A stretch of DNA of 64,000 bases from a virus (Duplodnaviria > Caudoviricetes): positions 44,898 through 108,897 of IMG/VR virus record IMGVR_UViG_3300007747_000009; one strand, 5' to 3'. The notes under the pieces are model-generated. The model did no database searches and had not been told where the DNA came from. It saw nothing but the letters and a program-made list of their open reading frames with translations. Made by a program: the position numbers and the translations under genes. Shown here one piece after another: positions 1-9,995 of the stretch. How positions within the stretch are numbered: the stretch's first letter is position 1; every line of letters starts with the position of its first letter.

Positions 1-528
1 AATCGCAACGATAATGGATTAATAATTGGAAACTTTATAATTAAAAAACTTATGAAGAAAGGTGAAAAAGGATTTGAGTATGATGGTATTTCTATTTCAC
101 AAATAGCCAGATGGAGTGTTAATGCTTATACAGTACTAGAATTTTTCAGATGTAGTGATGAAGACAACAAATACCAATCCAATAGTGAAAGTACTGGTGA
201 CCGTTACACCATCGATATTCGTAGTAATTATTGTGTAATTGAATATCAACACGAATACGAATTCTATAGTGATTTTGTTATTGCACAAGATGATATTCCA
301 TATGACAGTACTGCATCAGTAGAAGAACGCAAAATGAGTGTTGATATAGCTATCGATAATGTTATGCTTAATGAATTTATGCATGAGGTTATTGAATTTC
401 AAAGTTCAGGGTTGAAGAATATAAACATAATAAAATATAAACATAATTTAGGTGAAATAGATTTTATGCGGGAAGGTTTATACCAACAAATGATCAAACG
501 TCCATACTTTAAAAGGTTGATAAAATGA
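1..528 (+). CDS. FQ-motif paralog family protein (5'-truncated by window)
   Basis: Frame open from base 1 into the 52..528 ORF; motif EVIEFQSS; stop overlaps next ATG. Confidence 0.7.
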   Translation, partial: NRNDNGLIIGNFIIKKLMKKGEKGFEYDGISISQIARWSVNAYTVLEFFRCSDEDNKYQSNSESTGDRYTIDIRSNYCVIEYQHEYEFYSDFVIAQDDIPYDSTASVEERKMSVDIAIDNVMLNEFMHEVIEFQSSGLKNINIIKYKHNLGEIDFMREGLYQQMIKRPYFKRLIK

Positions 529-1172
529 ATCATCACAGTTTAGTACAGCATTATAAAATTCTAAAGCATATGGCTAATCTTTCTGAGGTGATGTTTAACA
601 ATGGTAAAAATCCAGACATAGCCAAAAGAATGAAATGGGACATATATGAAACTGATGATGACACCTATCGTGTGTTGTTTGATAAAACAACCAGTTTATT
701 TGAGTTAATCAGAATACACAAAAGTTCAGGTTATAAACTTGCTAATACTAGTATTACTAATACCGTTTTATCTTATGTTAATAATTATATTTACAGTGGG
801 GCAAGTAATGGTAGTAGTTTTGGATTAAGATTAAATTGTCGTGAAAAAGATATAATTTATGTCACACCAGATAACCGTTCTAAAATTGATCTTTCTATAT
901 TACCAGATACAGTACTTGAATTATTAGAAAGAGATTGTTATGAAGAATTAGAATTCCAATACAGTACTTTATACAATTTCGAAGGGCAATCATTTCAACT
1001 GTATTGCATTTATAGCCTTTTGTCACATGCAGATAATATTCATACATTTCCGGTTCCGGGTTATTATGTAAACATTGATTTAGTAAAACGTGTTTATGAA
1101 AGTGATATTGACGAAGTTGAATCAGCATTGTATAATTTATTACAAAAAACCATTAAGGATTTATCATGTTAA
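525..1172 (+). CDS. FQ-motif paralog family protein
   Basis: 215 aa; EELEFQYSTLYN; overlaps both neighbours. Confidence 0.8.
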   Translation: MNHHSLVQHYKILKHMANLSEVMFNNGKNPDIAKRMKWDIYETDDDTYRVLFDKTTSLFELIRIHKSSGYKLANTSITNTVLSYVNNYIYSGASNGSSFGLRLNCREKDIIYVTPDNRSKIDLSILPDTVLELLERDCYEELEFQYSTLYNFEGQSFQLYCIYSLLSHADNIHTFPVPGYYVNIDLVKRVYESDIDEVESALYNLLQKTIKDLSC

Positions 1173-1699
1173 AAGTTCGCTTTAAAATTTTATCCCTTTT
1201 AGAGGATATTTTAAAACATCTACAATTTAATTCGATTACTGATTTCACTCATAATATTGGCAATGATCATGTAGTTACCAGTCGTAATACTGAAAATGGT
1301 GGACACATAATTTCCATTTATTCATATAAAGATATGCTTCAAAAATATAGTTTAGATACTGGTGTAGAAAGTGAAATTGTATATGGTGTAATTACTATTC
1401 CACAACTATGTTTAGTTTTATCAATCACTAAATGTGAAGAACTAATACTACCCAATAAGGGTACTATTGCAATCCGAAATGATATAAATTTGAATACAGA
1501 TGCTGAGTCTACTTTATTCCAGTTGAGTACAATTTATGATGACACTATACTTACAGCACTTGCACTTGTATCACATTTTAAACACCATTCAGTACTACCT
1601 TTATTGAATTTGGGTTTTTCGTGTTATGCAGATGATGAAGATGAATTGAACAAGGTCATTACTGATTTAGAATCCATAAAGGAGAAGTTATATGAGTGA
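1166..1699 (+). CDS. FQ-motif paralog family protein
   Basis: 177 aa; SD AAGGA; ESTLFQLSTIYD. Confidence 0.8.
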   Translation: MLKVRFKILSLLEDILKHLQFNSITDFTHNIGNDHVVTSRNTENGGHIISIYSYKDMLQKYSLDTGVESEIVYGVITIPQLCLVLSITKCEELILPNKGTIAIRNDINLNTDAESTLFQLSTIYDDTILTALALVSHFKHHSVLPLLNLGFSCYADDEDELNKVITDLESIKEKLYE

Positions 1700-2213
1700 T
1701 ATTATTAGTACTTTTATGCAACGTGTAGTTAACTTACATAAATCAAAAACACTATCACGAGGGAGTCATATTAAATTTTTTAATAGCAAACATATTATTT
1801 TCATTTACAAAGATAAAGTTGAGTTCCGGGAAAAGAGTAATAATTTATGCAGATTAGCAATTGCGTTTTCTATGCGTGGGGAAGATAAAGCTAATAACTC
1901 CCGTGAGTTCGGAGGGGATGTTAGTTACTTATTCAAATCTAACTACAAACAAACTATTACCATTTACGATAATTCTGGAAGTTTTGAGATTGACATTCCA
2001 CGCTTCAATGACAATGAAGAAGAACTACTCTTTACCCTCAGTACTTTGAGTAATTCGGCTTTGTCTATTTTAATGTCATCAATTCTATTGACAATGGACA
2101 CTGCGTTGAATACAGTATACTCATATGGTCTTCAGAACGAGGATCTTGAATCATTTAGTGAAATCATGGGGATGGCAGAAGAATGGAATACCAAAATTAC
2201 ACAAATCTATTAA
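1692..2213 (+). CDS. FQ-motif paralog family protein (variant)
   Basis: 173 aa; SD AGGAG; EELLFTLSTLSN. Confidence 0.75.
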   Translation: MSDIISTFMQRVVNLHKSKTLSRGSHIKFFNSKHIIFIYKDKVEFREKSNNLCRLAIAFSMRGEDKANNSREFGGDVSYLFKSNYKQTITIYDNSGSFEIDIPRFNDNEEELLFTLSTLSNSALSILMSSILLTMDTALNTVYSYGLQNEDLESFSEIMGMAEEWNTKITQIY

Positions 2214-2770
2214 AGTCAGTATTACATTTAGATAAGATTGAGAACTCTTTTTTCGGTGAAATTTCTTTTCAATGGGATAAATTTCATTTACCAATTGAAA
2301 TGACAATATACAAAGATAAAGGAGATGTTGAATTGACAACAAAGATTGATAAAGATAACAATCATTGTCCTAAATTAATTCAGATTCGTCTTTATAAATT
2401 AGATCCTGATGTAACTGAAGCAAGTTTTTGTCGGGCTACATCATATACTAATCTCGACTTACAAACATTGAACTACGCTGAATATAATTCAGATAAAATT
2501 CATCTTTCGGGATTAGCACTAACTGACCGTAACTTTCATCTGAACTACGATTCATATGAGAGTGAACATTTTCAGTACTCAACAATTGAAGAGATAAGAG
2601 ATATAGAGTTTTACCACAATTTGCATCACCTCTATGGTCACTTCAATACTATAATGCCACAGTATAAAGGATTATCCATTCAGTACAATCAAGATTACAC
2701 TGATTTTTTGACTGAAGAGTTTCGTGAATTTATAACTCAAAAAGCATGGGGATTGATTTCACTAGCATGA
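2183..2770 (+). CDS. FQ-motif paralog family protein
   Basis: 195 aa; ESEHFQYSTIEE. Confidence 0.8.
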   Translation: MEYQNYTNLLKSVLHLDKIENSFFGEISFQWDKFHLPIEMTIYKDKGDVELTTKIDKDNNHCPKLIQIRLYKLDPDVTEASFCRATSYTNLDLQTLNYAEYNSDKIHLSGLALTDRNFHLNYDSYESEHFQYSTIEEIRDIEFYHNLHHLYGHFNTIMPQYKGLSIQYNQDYTDFLTEEFREFITQKAWGLISLA

Positions 2771-3447
2771 AAACTACATATGAAAAGACTATAAAATTAT
2801 CTCAGTACATTAAAGATATTATGTACATGCAAAAGTACTACTTGGATATATACCATGAAATCAACAAAGTATATATTGCAGGAAAACGTACTACTAAAAA
2901 GTTATCAGTTGAATCAGTAAGATCATACTCTATGTATATTCAACCAGTTGAACAAGTTGTTCAAAGTTCAGTACAGCAAAAGAATGACTATAATGATATA
3001 GTACTAATGTCATTATCTAATTCAGATGCACATATTAAAAATAATACAAATAAAGGTGCAAAGTACAAGTACATTCATCAATTTTCATCAGATCCTAAAG
3101 GTTCAATTTTCAATACAGAAGCAATAGCCGAACAGTACAGAGATTTGTATTTTATTTTAGACAACGGTATTAACAACAACACAATAAAAGAATCGGAATT
3201 CCAAGCTTCATTGTTGAGTTGCAATGAAAGCATGGTTAGGATATACTTGTATACATTATTGTTTGATTCTTTAAAAGATATGCAGTTCGAAGACCAATAT
3301 CCGGTTTCATTATGTTTATCTAGTACAGATATACTCAGATACATACCTGCAAGAAAAGCATATATTGACTTATTAGATAAGAGAGTGGGGACTAGACATG
3401 ATTGGAGAGAAGAACTTAAAGTGCGTTATGGACGTACTATTGAATGA
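2767..3447 (+). CDS. FQ-motif paralog family protein
   Basis: ATGA overlap start chosen; KESEFQASLLSCN. Confidence 0.75.
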   Translation: MKTTYEKTIKLSQYIKDIMYMQKYYLDIYHEINKVYIAGKRTTKKLSVESVRSYSMYIQPVEQVVQSSVQQKNDYNDIVLMSLSNSDAHIKNNTNKGAKYKYIHQFSSDPKGSIFNTEAIAEQYRDLYFILDNGINNNTIKESEFQASLLSCNESMVRIYLYTLLFDSLKDMQFEDQYPVSLCLSSTDILRYIPARKAYIDLLDKRVGTRHDWREELKVRYGRTIE

Positions 3448-3994
3448 TGAACTATATTTTGCACTACATTCATTACTAGAACGTTTTAATAACTTCAGGG
3501 CAGAACATATTAATAGTACTGGGTATGATGGATTGAATAATATTATCTCAAAGCATGGTCTAATGGATTCTGAGACTTGGAGAGATGCTCTTTATATCAG
3601 AACCACACAACCTAATGCTGGAAGTGTTGGTTCTGTATTGGAGTTAAGACAGTATGTTACAAATCACCCAGAGAATACTTTAGTAAGTAATAGAATGGAA
3701 ATTGAAGGTTATGCAAGAGCAACTGACATTAGTCCAATTAGAACAATAGTTTCTAGTAATGTTAGTGATAGTGTTGGATGGTACTTAGTAGATAATTATG
3801 TTACTGATGATGTGGAGGCAGAATTATTCCAACTCAATACTATACATGAGGTGTACAGTACTTATGAGCTTCAAGAGATCATGAACAGGGCAATGAATCT
3901 GCCTCTTCTTCAAAATGATCACTTGACAATCTTAGAAGGAATGGTGTATCATGATGCCTATAAACACATGAACAATATTCTACGGGGTTATTAA
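3428..3994 (+). CDS. FQ-motif paralog family protein
   Basis: EAELFQLNTIHEVYSTYEL; start uncertain. Confidence 0.75.
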   Translation: MDVLLNDELYFALHSLLERFNNFRAEHINSTGYDGLNNIISKHGLMDSETWRDALYIRTTQPNAGSVGSVLELRQYVTNHPENTLVSNRMEIEGYARATDISPIRTIVSSNVSDSVGWYLVDNYVTDDVEAELFQLNTIHEVYSTYELQEIMNRAMNLPLLQNDHLTILEGMVYHDAYKHMNNILRGY

Positions 3995-4401
3995 TGATTT
4001 TATATCATGCCAGTACTGTACAAATTGATGAATTCTTTGTCCCTCATGGTGGTATACACACAGGAGGGCGTCATAGTGCTCTTGAGGCGGCCTTGCGTAA
4101 GGTTCGTGGGGACAATGCAAACGAAGACATTAAGATATATGTGCATCGCTTAGACGTTGATCTAGGGCGTTCTGTGCTATTGGATGATATGGGAAATTGT
4201 GATAGTTGGCGTAGAATGATCATTGATTGCGACCGCGAAGGGTATAGCAGTATTGAGTACAGTAATGTGTATGAACCGGATGTATGTAATTCTTATATGA
4301 TATGGGAACCAAGTAGGATTAAAGTCCTATCTATTGAAGTACTTAGTCAAGATGCAGCGGAGGATATCGTTAATGAATTTTACGAAACGTATAACCTTTA
4401 G
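3994..4401 (+). CDS. Putative ADP-ribosyltransferase-fold protein
   Basis: N-terminal LYHAS..GIHTG and C-terminal YxNxYE..SYMIWEPSRIK pattern resemble small ART-fold domains. Confidence 0.45.
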   Translation: MILYHASTVQIDEFFVPHGGIHTGGRHSALEAALRKVRGDNANEDIKIYVHRLDVDLGRSVLLDDMGNCDSWRRMIIDCDREGYSSIEYSNVYEPDVCNSYMIWEPSRIKVLSIEVLSQDAAEDIVNEFYETYNL

Positions 4402-4987
4402 TGATGATGTGGATGAGGAAATTTACATCTTCAAGATGATGATTGATATTAGTGAGCGTATTCATGGACTTAGAATTGTAGGTGAAGTTCAAGTGAATGA
4501 TAATATTGATATGATCTTTAAATTAAATTGCAATGCCAGTACTAATATAATAGTATTAAAAAATAAGAACCGCATTGATAAAACTATGTTAATGGTTAGT
4601 GATAGGGAGACGATGGATCTAATTAATGTCAGGTTGTCAACTCATTGGGGCTTTAATCGTAACCCAAATAGTGATAATGTTAATAGATTTTCATTTGTAA
4701 ATAGCAATCAAGAAAATTTAGATGAAGAACTAGATTCATACCTAGAAGGTGGTGTAATGAATATACCAGAAGATTATTATTTCCAGCAAATGTTGGTTCG
4801 TGATGATTTGATTGCATATGAGGACATTCAACGCTATCTGGATGCATTGACTATGAAATCCACCTTGAATGGGTGTGTCTGTTTTTATAAAATTCCCGAA
4901 TATACATATATTGAATATAATTTAATCTACGATAAAGTACTAGAAACGATAACGGAGTTTTTATATGGCATTTCAAAAACGGACTGA
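4373..4987 (+). CDS. FQ-motif paralog family protein
   Basis: SD GGAGG; MNFTKRITF..DEEIY matches next gene's MAFQKRTEF..DEEIY; EDYYFQQMLVRDDLIAYEDI. Confidence 0.8.
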   Translation: MNFTKRITFSDDVDEEIYIFKMMIDISERIHGLRIVGEVQVNDNIDMIFKLNCNASTNIIVLKNKNRIDKTMLMVSDRETMDLINVRLSTHWGFNRNPNSDNVNRFSFVNSNQENLDEELDSYLEGGVMNIPEDYYFQQMLVRDDLIAYEDIQRYLDALTMKSTLNGCVCFYKIPEYTYIEYNLIYDKVLETITEFLYGISKTD

Positions 4988-5561
4988 ATTTATAGATGAA
5001 GTAGATGAAGAGATATATAATTTTTCGGTAATAGTACAGATAGCTGAGCATCTTTACGGTTCAGACATGCATTTCTATCGAGAAGAAATTCCAAATGTAG
5101 GTTTCATTTGGACAGCGAGAAATTCAGGGACTGATACTAATATTTTATGCTTTATGAAATCAATAGGTTCAAAAGTATATGAGATTTTAGAAGTGAGTTC
5201 GTCTCAAGTTCTAATGAATGTAAGACTTAAAAAACATATTGCTATTACACGCCTACGCAATGAATACCGATATAAATATTCATTTTTCGATAAGGATAAA
5301 TGTGAGTTAGATGATCTTCTCGATGGTGGTATTATGAGAATTACAGAGGAAGAATATTTCCAGTACTCATTAGTTTGTAATGATTATATGGCTCATTATG
5401 AAGACCTACCACGCTTCATGGAGATGTTAAAAATCGAAACTTCACTAGATCACGTTTCCCTTTATCATGAAAAATGCAAACATCTTACTGCAAAAGAATA
5501 TAATGAAATTTATGATGTTGTTTTAACTAAATTGTATGAGTTCGAAAATGAACATAAATGA
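4965..5561 (+). CDS. FQ-motif paralog family protein
   Basis: SD GGAG; EEEYFQYSLVCNDYMAHYEDL. Confidence 0.8.
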   Translation: MAFQKRTEFIDEVDEEIYNFSVIVQIAEHLYGSDMHFYREEIPNVGFIWTARNSGTDTNILCFMKSIGSKVYEILEVSSSQVLMNVRLKKHIAITRLRNEYRYKYSFFDKDKCELDDLLDGGIMRITEEEYFQYSLVCNDYMAHYEDLPRFMEMLKIETSLDHVSLYHEKCKHLTAKEYNEIYDVVLTKLYEFENEHK

Positions 5562-6108
5562 AGAATTAAAAATACTTAAGATTGTACTAAGCATATGTGA
5601 AGGTATAAGTACATCTAATATACAGCCCGGACATTATACTTATGATATTACACCGTCACCTAAAGGACGGTTAATATTCAATAATAAGGATTCATTTTCA
5701 ATTTTGTATGGTGACACTGTAATTTTATATATAGAAAATTATGAATATCCACAATTGAGAACTGATAGTGACTGGACAATTTGCTTTGAGCCGTCATCTG
5801 AACATTATAATTGTTTTAGTTTCTTAAATTCGGGCGATGATTTAGAAGCTGAAGAATTTATAGATAGTTTCACTTATAATGCAAGAATTATGACAGAGGA
5901 AGAGTACTTTCAGGCTACATGTATTCATCCAGATATGCCCCCGTATGAAAATATATCTAGTTATTTAAAAATTATGGATGAAATGCGTAGATCATTTTTG
6001 CGGGGATCGTTATGGTTAAAAATGAAACCTGCATTGGATTATGATTTTTACAGAAAACTACGGCGTACTCTTATTCACGAAGGTGGGATTAATATAAATG
6101 TATATTAG
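5536..6108 (+). CDS. FQ-motif paralog family protein
   Basis: EEEYFQATCIHPDMPPYENI. Confidence 0.8.
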   Translation: MSSKMNINEELKILKIVLSICEGISTSNIQPGHYTYDITPSPKGRLIFNNKDSFSILYGDTVILYIENYEYPQLRTDSDWTICFEPSSEHYNCFSFLNSGDDLEAEEFIDSFTYNARIMTEEEYFQATCIHPDMPPYENISSYLKIMDEMRRSFLRGSLWLKMKPALDYDFYRKLRRTLIHEGGININVY

Positions 6109-6709
6109 TGATGATGATTATATAAAAGCATTAGAGATTAACTTATCGCTGTTTACTCTCATGCGAAAGATTTATAAGTACGTAATATTGTATGAAGGTG
6201 AGACAATACTTTCTAAATCACTGATTAAAATACATGATAACGAACTCAAATATATGGCTGGGATTGAAAAATCATGGATATTAAAATCACCCCTTGAAAA
6301 TTCTAGATATAGTATTGCTTTTGAGTTTAATCAAATGTCTATGATATATGGCTCAGCACAGTCATATTTAAACATATTCAATGGTGATGAAATAATTCTG
6401 AATAGTGAATATAGTAAATTTATTATAACTGGATTTCCCGAAGTTGATAAGCATTTTATGGGATGGGAATTTGATTTATCCGAAGAACAATATTTCCAGT
6501 ACTGTACTTTATATGATGTACCTAGTTACGATAGACTATTAAAAACTTGTAATCTATTAAAAGAGTTTCGTTATCACTCAGATCATCGAGATGGTGAAAA
6601 CCATTTATATTACAATATTCATTTCAAACAAATATGCAACAATCTAGAGGCATTTAGTGCAATCAGGGATGCACTTATTAAAAAATTAGGAGAATTTGAA
6701 AATGTATGA
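6098..6709 (+). CDS. FQ-motif paralog family protein
   Basis: EEQYFQYCTLYDVPSYDRL. Confidence 0.8.
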   Translation: MYISDDDYIKALEINLSLFTLMRKIYKYVILYEGETILSKSLIKIHDNELKYMAGIEKSWILKSPLENSRYSIAFEFNQMSMIYGSAQSYLNIFNGDEIILNSEYSKFIITGFPEVDKHFMGWEFDLSEEQYFQYCTLYDVPSYDRLLKTCNLLKEFRYHSDHRDGENHLYYNIHFKQICNNLEAFSAIRDALIKKLGEFENV

Positions 6710-7169
6710 ATCTAATACCATACAAGTACTTGACAACATCAACACAATCAATTATATTGTACAGGATTGTTTGAAACACGTATCAGGTTCTAATGTTTCT
6801 GCCCGAAACACAGCGGTGAAGGGTGATGGATATGCAATGGATATTAAATTGGGTTATGCAAATTGTTACAATTTTCACATACGAACCCAGTACTTACAAG
6901 ATTTGTGCCGAGTCTATTTAAGTCCACGTGAGTTATATGTTCGGTACTCACCAAAATTTATGTTCGGTTACCATCCTAAAACTAAATTATTCTCAACAAA
7001 CTTATTCTCAGAAACCTTCACATTAGATGATATGGAGTCGGTATTCTTCACTCAAAACTGTTTAGACGGTTGGGGGTTGCAAGTTGAGTTTGATTGTGAT
7101 ATCATGAAAACAACACTTAACATGTGCAGGAAAATTCACGATGATTTCGTTATTTCTATCAAAAAATAA
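6702..7169 (+). CDS. FQ-motif paralog family protein (degenerate)
   Basis: SD AGGAG; ESVFFTQNCLD at equivalent position. Confidence 0.65.
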   Translation: MYESNTIQVLDNINTINYIVQDCLKHVSGSNVSARNTAVKGDGYAMDIKLGYANCYNFHIRTQYLQDLCRVYLSPRELYVRYSPKFMFGYHPKTKLFSTNLFSETFTLDDMESVFFTQNCLDGWGLQVEFDCDIMKTTLNMCRKIHDDFVISIKK

Positions 7170-7605
7170 AACACGCCTAACAACACTCGATGAATTGATT
7201 GATGTTGTTGTAACGAACAAAGACTTACTTCAAAAAGATGGTATTACAAACATAAATGGTATTGTTTTCTATCATTGCACAAATAGTGATGATGAGATTT
7301 TATTATCTTACGGTTCTAATTGTTTAAAAATCACAAAGCATCATTACCGTGATATTAAAAGATACCATGTATGTTCACATGAAATGACTTCAGATACAGA
7401 AAGATTTGAATTTGAAATAACAAAGGAGGGAGTTAATTTTGGAGATAAAACCGGTTCTGCTGTACTTCTCCCTCACGAAGCATTTGAATGTGAAATAAAC
7501 TTCTTCCAGTACACCCTAATGAATCTAAAGTATTCATGTACTGAACAAAGTATCATTAAACTCGTAAACTTAATACAAGAGGTATTAGATGTCAAACTTG
7601 GATAG
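7141..7605 (+). CDS. FQ-motif paralog family protein
   Basis: EINFFQYTLMN. Confidence 0.75.
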   Translation: MISLFLSKNKTRLTTLDELIDVVVTNKDLLQKDGITNINGIVFYHCTNSDDEILLSYGSNCLKITKHHYRDIKRYHVCSHEMTSDTERFEFEITKEGVNFGDKTGSAVLLPHEAFECEINFFQYTLMNLKYSCTEQSIIKLVNLIQEVLDVKLG

Positions 7606-8089
7606 TATCTTTAAAAGTCTAAGTAACCACTTTAATAGGGGTTCAAACAAATTAGTATCAAATAACAATTATGCAGTATACAGTGCTGGTACTATTCATC
7701 AGATCACAATCGAGAATGAAACAGTTATTATTGGACACGACACATTACGTTTAGTCTATACTAATACAGATAAGACTGCATCTGTTGCATTTTCTCCTGC
7801 TAAAATATCGGTTGGATCATATGTACGTGAGGTTGAACTCAACCTCAGTGTGATGAATGACGGATATAAGAATACATACAATCGTCTTCATGTGGATGGT
7901 GGTGAACTATTCCAACTTAGTACTGTATATGATTTTGACTTCACAATCCTCCAAGATATTTTAGCTAAATACTTAGAGCTTCTAAAAGTGATGAAAACTT
8001 CTGATAAATTAAATAATGATCATCCACAAATTGATGAGGCGATCAAAAATATTTCAGAAGCTGTTGCACTTTACAATAAAGAAGCATAA
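7589..8089 (+). CDS. FQ-motif paralog family protein
   Basis: SD GAGG; GGELFQLSTVYD. Confidence 0.8.
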   Translation: MSNLDSIFKSLSNHFNRGSNKLVSNNNYAVYSAGTIHQITIENETVIIGHDTLRLVYTNTDKTASVAFSPAKISVGSYVREVELNLSVMNDGYKNTYNRLHVDGGELFQLSTVYDFDFTILQDILAKYLELLKVMKTSDKLNNDHPQIDEAIKNISEAVALYNKEA

Positions 8090-8139
8090 AGTATTTTTAG
8101 GACACACGGATTGTGTCTATTAGGTTCAAGGAGTGAACT

Positions 8140-8613
8140 ATGGTCGGATTAAATGAGAGTGGTCCAGTAGAAGATGTAATCGCTCAAGATGCCTTTAAGA
8201 TTCACGGTACTATGTTTAGTGTACGTGATATTGTGCAATGTTTATTTTTATGCAGTAAATCTCTTCATGATTTATATCACCAAGATCGTTGTAATCTATT
8301 TGTAATTACGATTAACATTGAAGACTCTTGGGTGATGGGAATGCCAATGTACGCGAATCAGAATTTTAACGAACGTGTTTGTCGAAATAATGATGAAGTT
8401 ACGGCACAGAGTAATGTACATAATCGTCGTAATACATACTTGACAAAAGACGACAATAAGTATATGCTATTCTTAACGAAAGGTTATATACTAGATAACT
8501 ACACAGTAAAAGATAGTTATCATGACTTCAAAGTATCAGAAGATAAGCCACATGTGATGATTTATGCATCTGACTTTGAAAGTTTAACAGTTAAAAATCC
8601 TAATTTGGAGTAA
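8140..8613 (+). CDS. Hypothetical protein
   Basis: 157 aa; SD AAGGAG; GGA-loop hairpin upstream. Confidence 0.75.
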   Translation: MVGLNESGPVEDVIAQDAFKIHGTMFSVRDIVQCLFLCSKSLHDLYHQDRCNLFVITINIEDSWVMGMPMYANQNFNERVCRNNDEVTAQSNVHNRRNTYLTKDDNKYMLFLTKGYILDNYTVKDSYHDFKVSEDKPHVMIYASDFESLTVKNPNLE

Positions 8614-8615
8614 TA

Positions 8616-8765
8616 ATGGCTAAGAAACCAAAACAACATGCTGTTAGCAACCCAGTTGCAAAACACATGGAAACCTTCAATAAACCAAAAACATTTGTTG
8701 ATCAAAAGAAAGAATCAAAGAATGGAAAAATCAAACACAAAGGACGTGACTACACGTCCTTTTAA
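8616..8765 (+). CDS. Small basic hypothetical protein (49 aa; below ORF-track cutoff)
   Basis: SD GGAG; MAKKPKQHAVSNPVAKHMETFNKPK... Confidence 0.7.
   Translation: MAKKPKQHAVSNPVAKHMETFNKPKTFVDQKKESKNGKIKHKGRDYTSF
8739..8764 (+). terminator. Intrinsic terminator-like hairpin
   Basis: AAAGGACGTG-ACTA-CACGTCCTTT-T. Confidence 0.55.
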
Positions 8766-8780
8766 CATTTGTGGGGTACT

Positions 8781-9656
8781 ATGAAAACTATTTTTGATTA
8801 CAAAAAACATTCAGTACTAGAATATAATGACCTGCTTAGAGAACTTCATTGCGGCTCTAATCCAACTATTAATTTTACTATCCCAGTACAGGTCAGTACA
8901 AGATCTAATAAGGGAGTTACAATTACATTTTCTGAAAATCGTTGGATTAATACCCGTGATGATGGTTGGGAATCCTGTAATTATGATGTATTATCTGGTG
9001 ATGTAATTTACAGTAGGAATTACTTTTCGGTGGATTCTCGTTCTGGTGCAGAATCTGTTGGGTTGGATTTGGTTTCATACATTAGAAGACCAGCTCAGGG
9101 TATTACATACAAATCTGTTCACTTGAATGGTTTAAACATTTTTAGATACGATAAAGGACAAATTCGCTGCGATAACAAAAGAATATTTTATTTCTCATTA
9201 GAACCTTTCAAAAAGTACAAAACATATACACTTAACACTGATTGCGGTTTAGTGTATTATGAAAAACAAAGTTATAAGAATGGAACACTTGATTCATCAG
9301 TACGGGTTAAAGGTGATAAAGACGATTATGCACTTAGTATTAATCGTAATAAAAAAACCAATAATGTAGAGATATCTTTATCTAAAAATTTTAAAAGAGT
9401 AAGTATTATCGAGTTAAGTACTAAAGATTGTAGTATTGAACATATTTTCAATAAGTACACAATGTTTACTATAGACATGAATTGTACTCCAGAAGAATTT
9501 GAAATTTTAGAAAATGTCCGTGCATTACTAAAGCGTCATTTAGTTAATACTTATAATCATGTGAAAGAAAAGAAACAAAATACGAATATTATATGGACCG
9601 CATTAAAAGCGATAGAGGTGATGGAAGATGATGAATATCAAATTCAAGGACGGTAA
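8781..9656 (+). CDS. Hypothetical protein
   Basis: About 290 aa ORF. Confidence 0.75.
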   Translation: MKTIFDYKKHSVLEYNDLLRELHCGSNPTINFTIPVQVSTRSNKGVTITFSENRWINTRDDGWESCNYDVLSGDVIYSRNYFSVDSRSGAESVGLDLVSYIRRPAQGITYKSVHLNGLNIFRYDKGQIRCDNKRIFYFSLEPFKKYKTYTLNTDCGLVYYEKQSYKNGTLDSSVRVKGDKDDYALSINRNKKTNNVEISLSKNFKRVSIIELSTKDCSIEHIFNKYTMFTIDMNCTPEEFEILENVRALLKRHLVNTYNHVKEKKQNTNIIWTALKAIEVMEDDEYQIQGR

Positions 9657-9954
9657 GCCCAGAATGGCTAATCTTGGACGTAGATTAGTACCTAAGAATG
9701 GTGAGAAAATCGTTCACCCAGATGGGACTGTGATGTTTCTATTGAACGCGGTGAGTGAAAAGGCGGCGGTTGACGCAATGATCCTCGCATCACGGTTCAA
9801 CCAATCAGATGAAGATAGGCGGTACTTGACGTATCTGTACACTGAGCACATCCTCGATTTGGATGAACCGGATGAGAAGATGTTCTTCATGCTTCTTGAC
9901 GACTTCAATCAGTGGTGGCGACACCTCTCTGAAAAACTCGGGACAGATGAGTAA
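9628..9954 (+). CDS. Hypothetical protein
   Basis: 108 aa; overlaps upstream gene. Confidence 0.7.
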   Translation: MMNIKFKDGKPRMANLGRRLVPKNGEKIVHPDGTVMFLLNAVSEKAAVDAMILASRFNQSDEDRRYLTYLYTEHILDLDEPDEKMFFMLLDDFNQWWRHLSEKLGTDE

Positions 9955-9968
9955 TAATGTGATATAAT
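9940..9968 (+). promoter_or_regulatory. Promoter GGGACA-N17-TATAAT with extended -10
   Basis: GGGACA gatgagtaataatgtga TATAAT; same architecture at four other sites. Confidence 0.7.
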
Positions 9969-9995
9969 AACTCATCTAGAAAATGAGGAAAAAAT

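Noticed and set aside
1-8089. Diversity-generating retroelement or CRISPR-like origin for the FQ array
   Set aside because: No near-identical nucleotide repeats, template/variable pair, reverse transcriptase or spacer periodicity; similarity is mainly at protein level.
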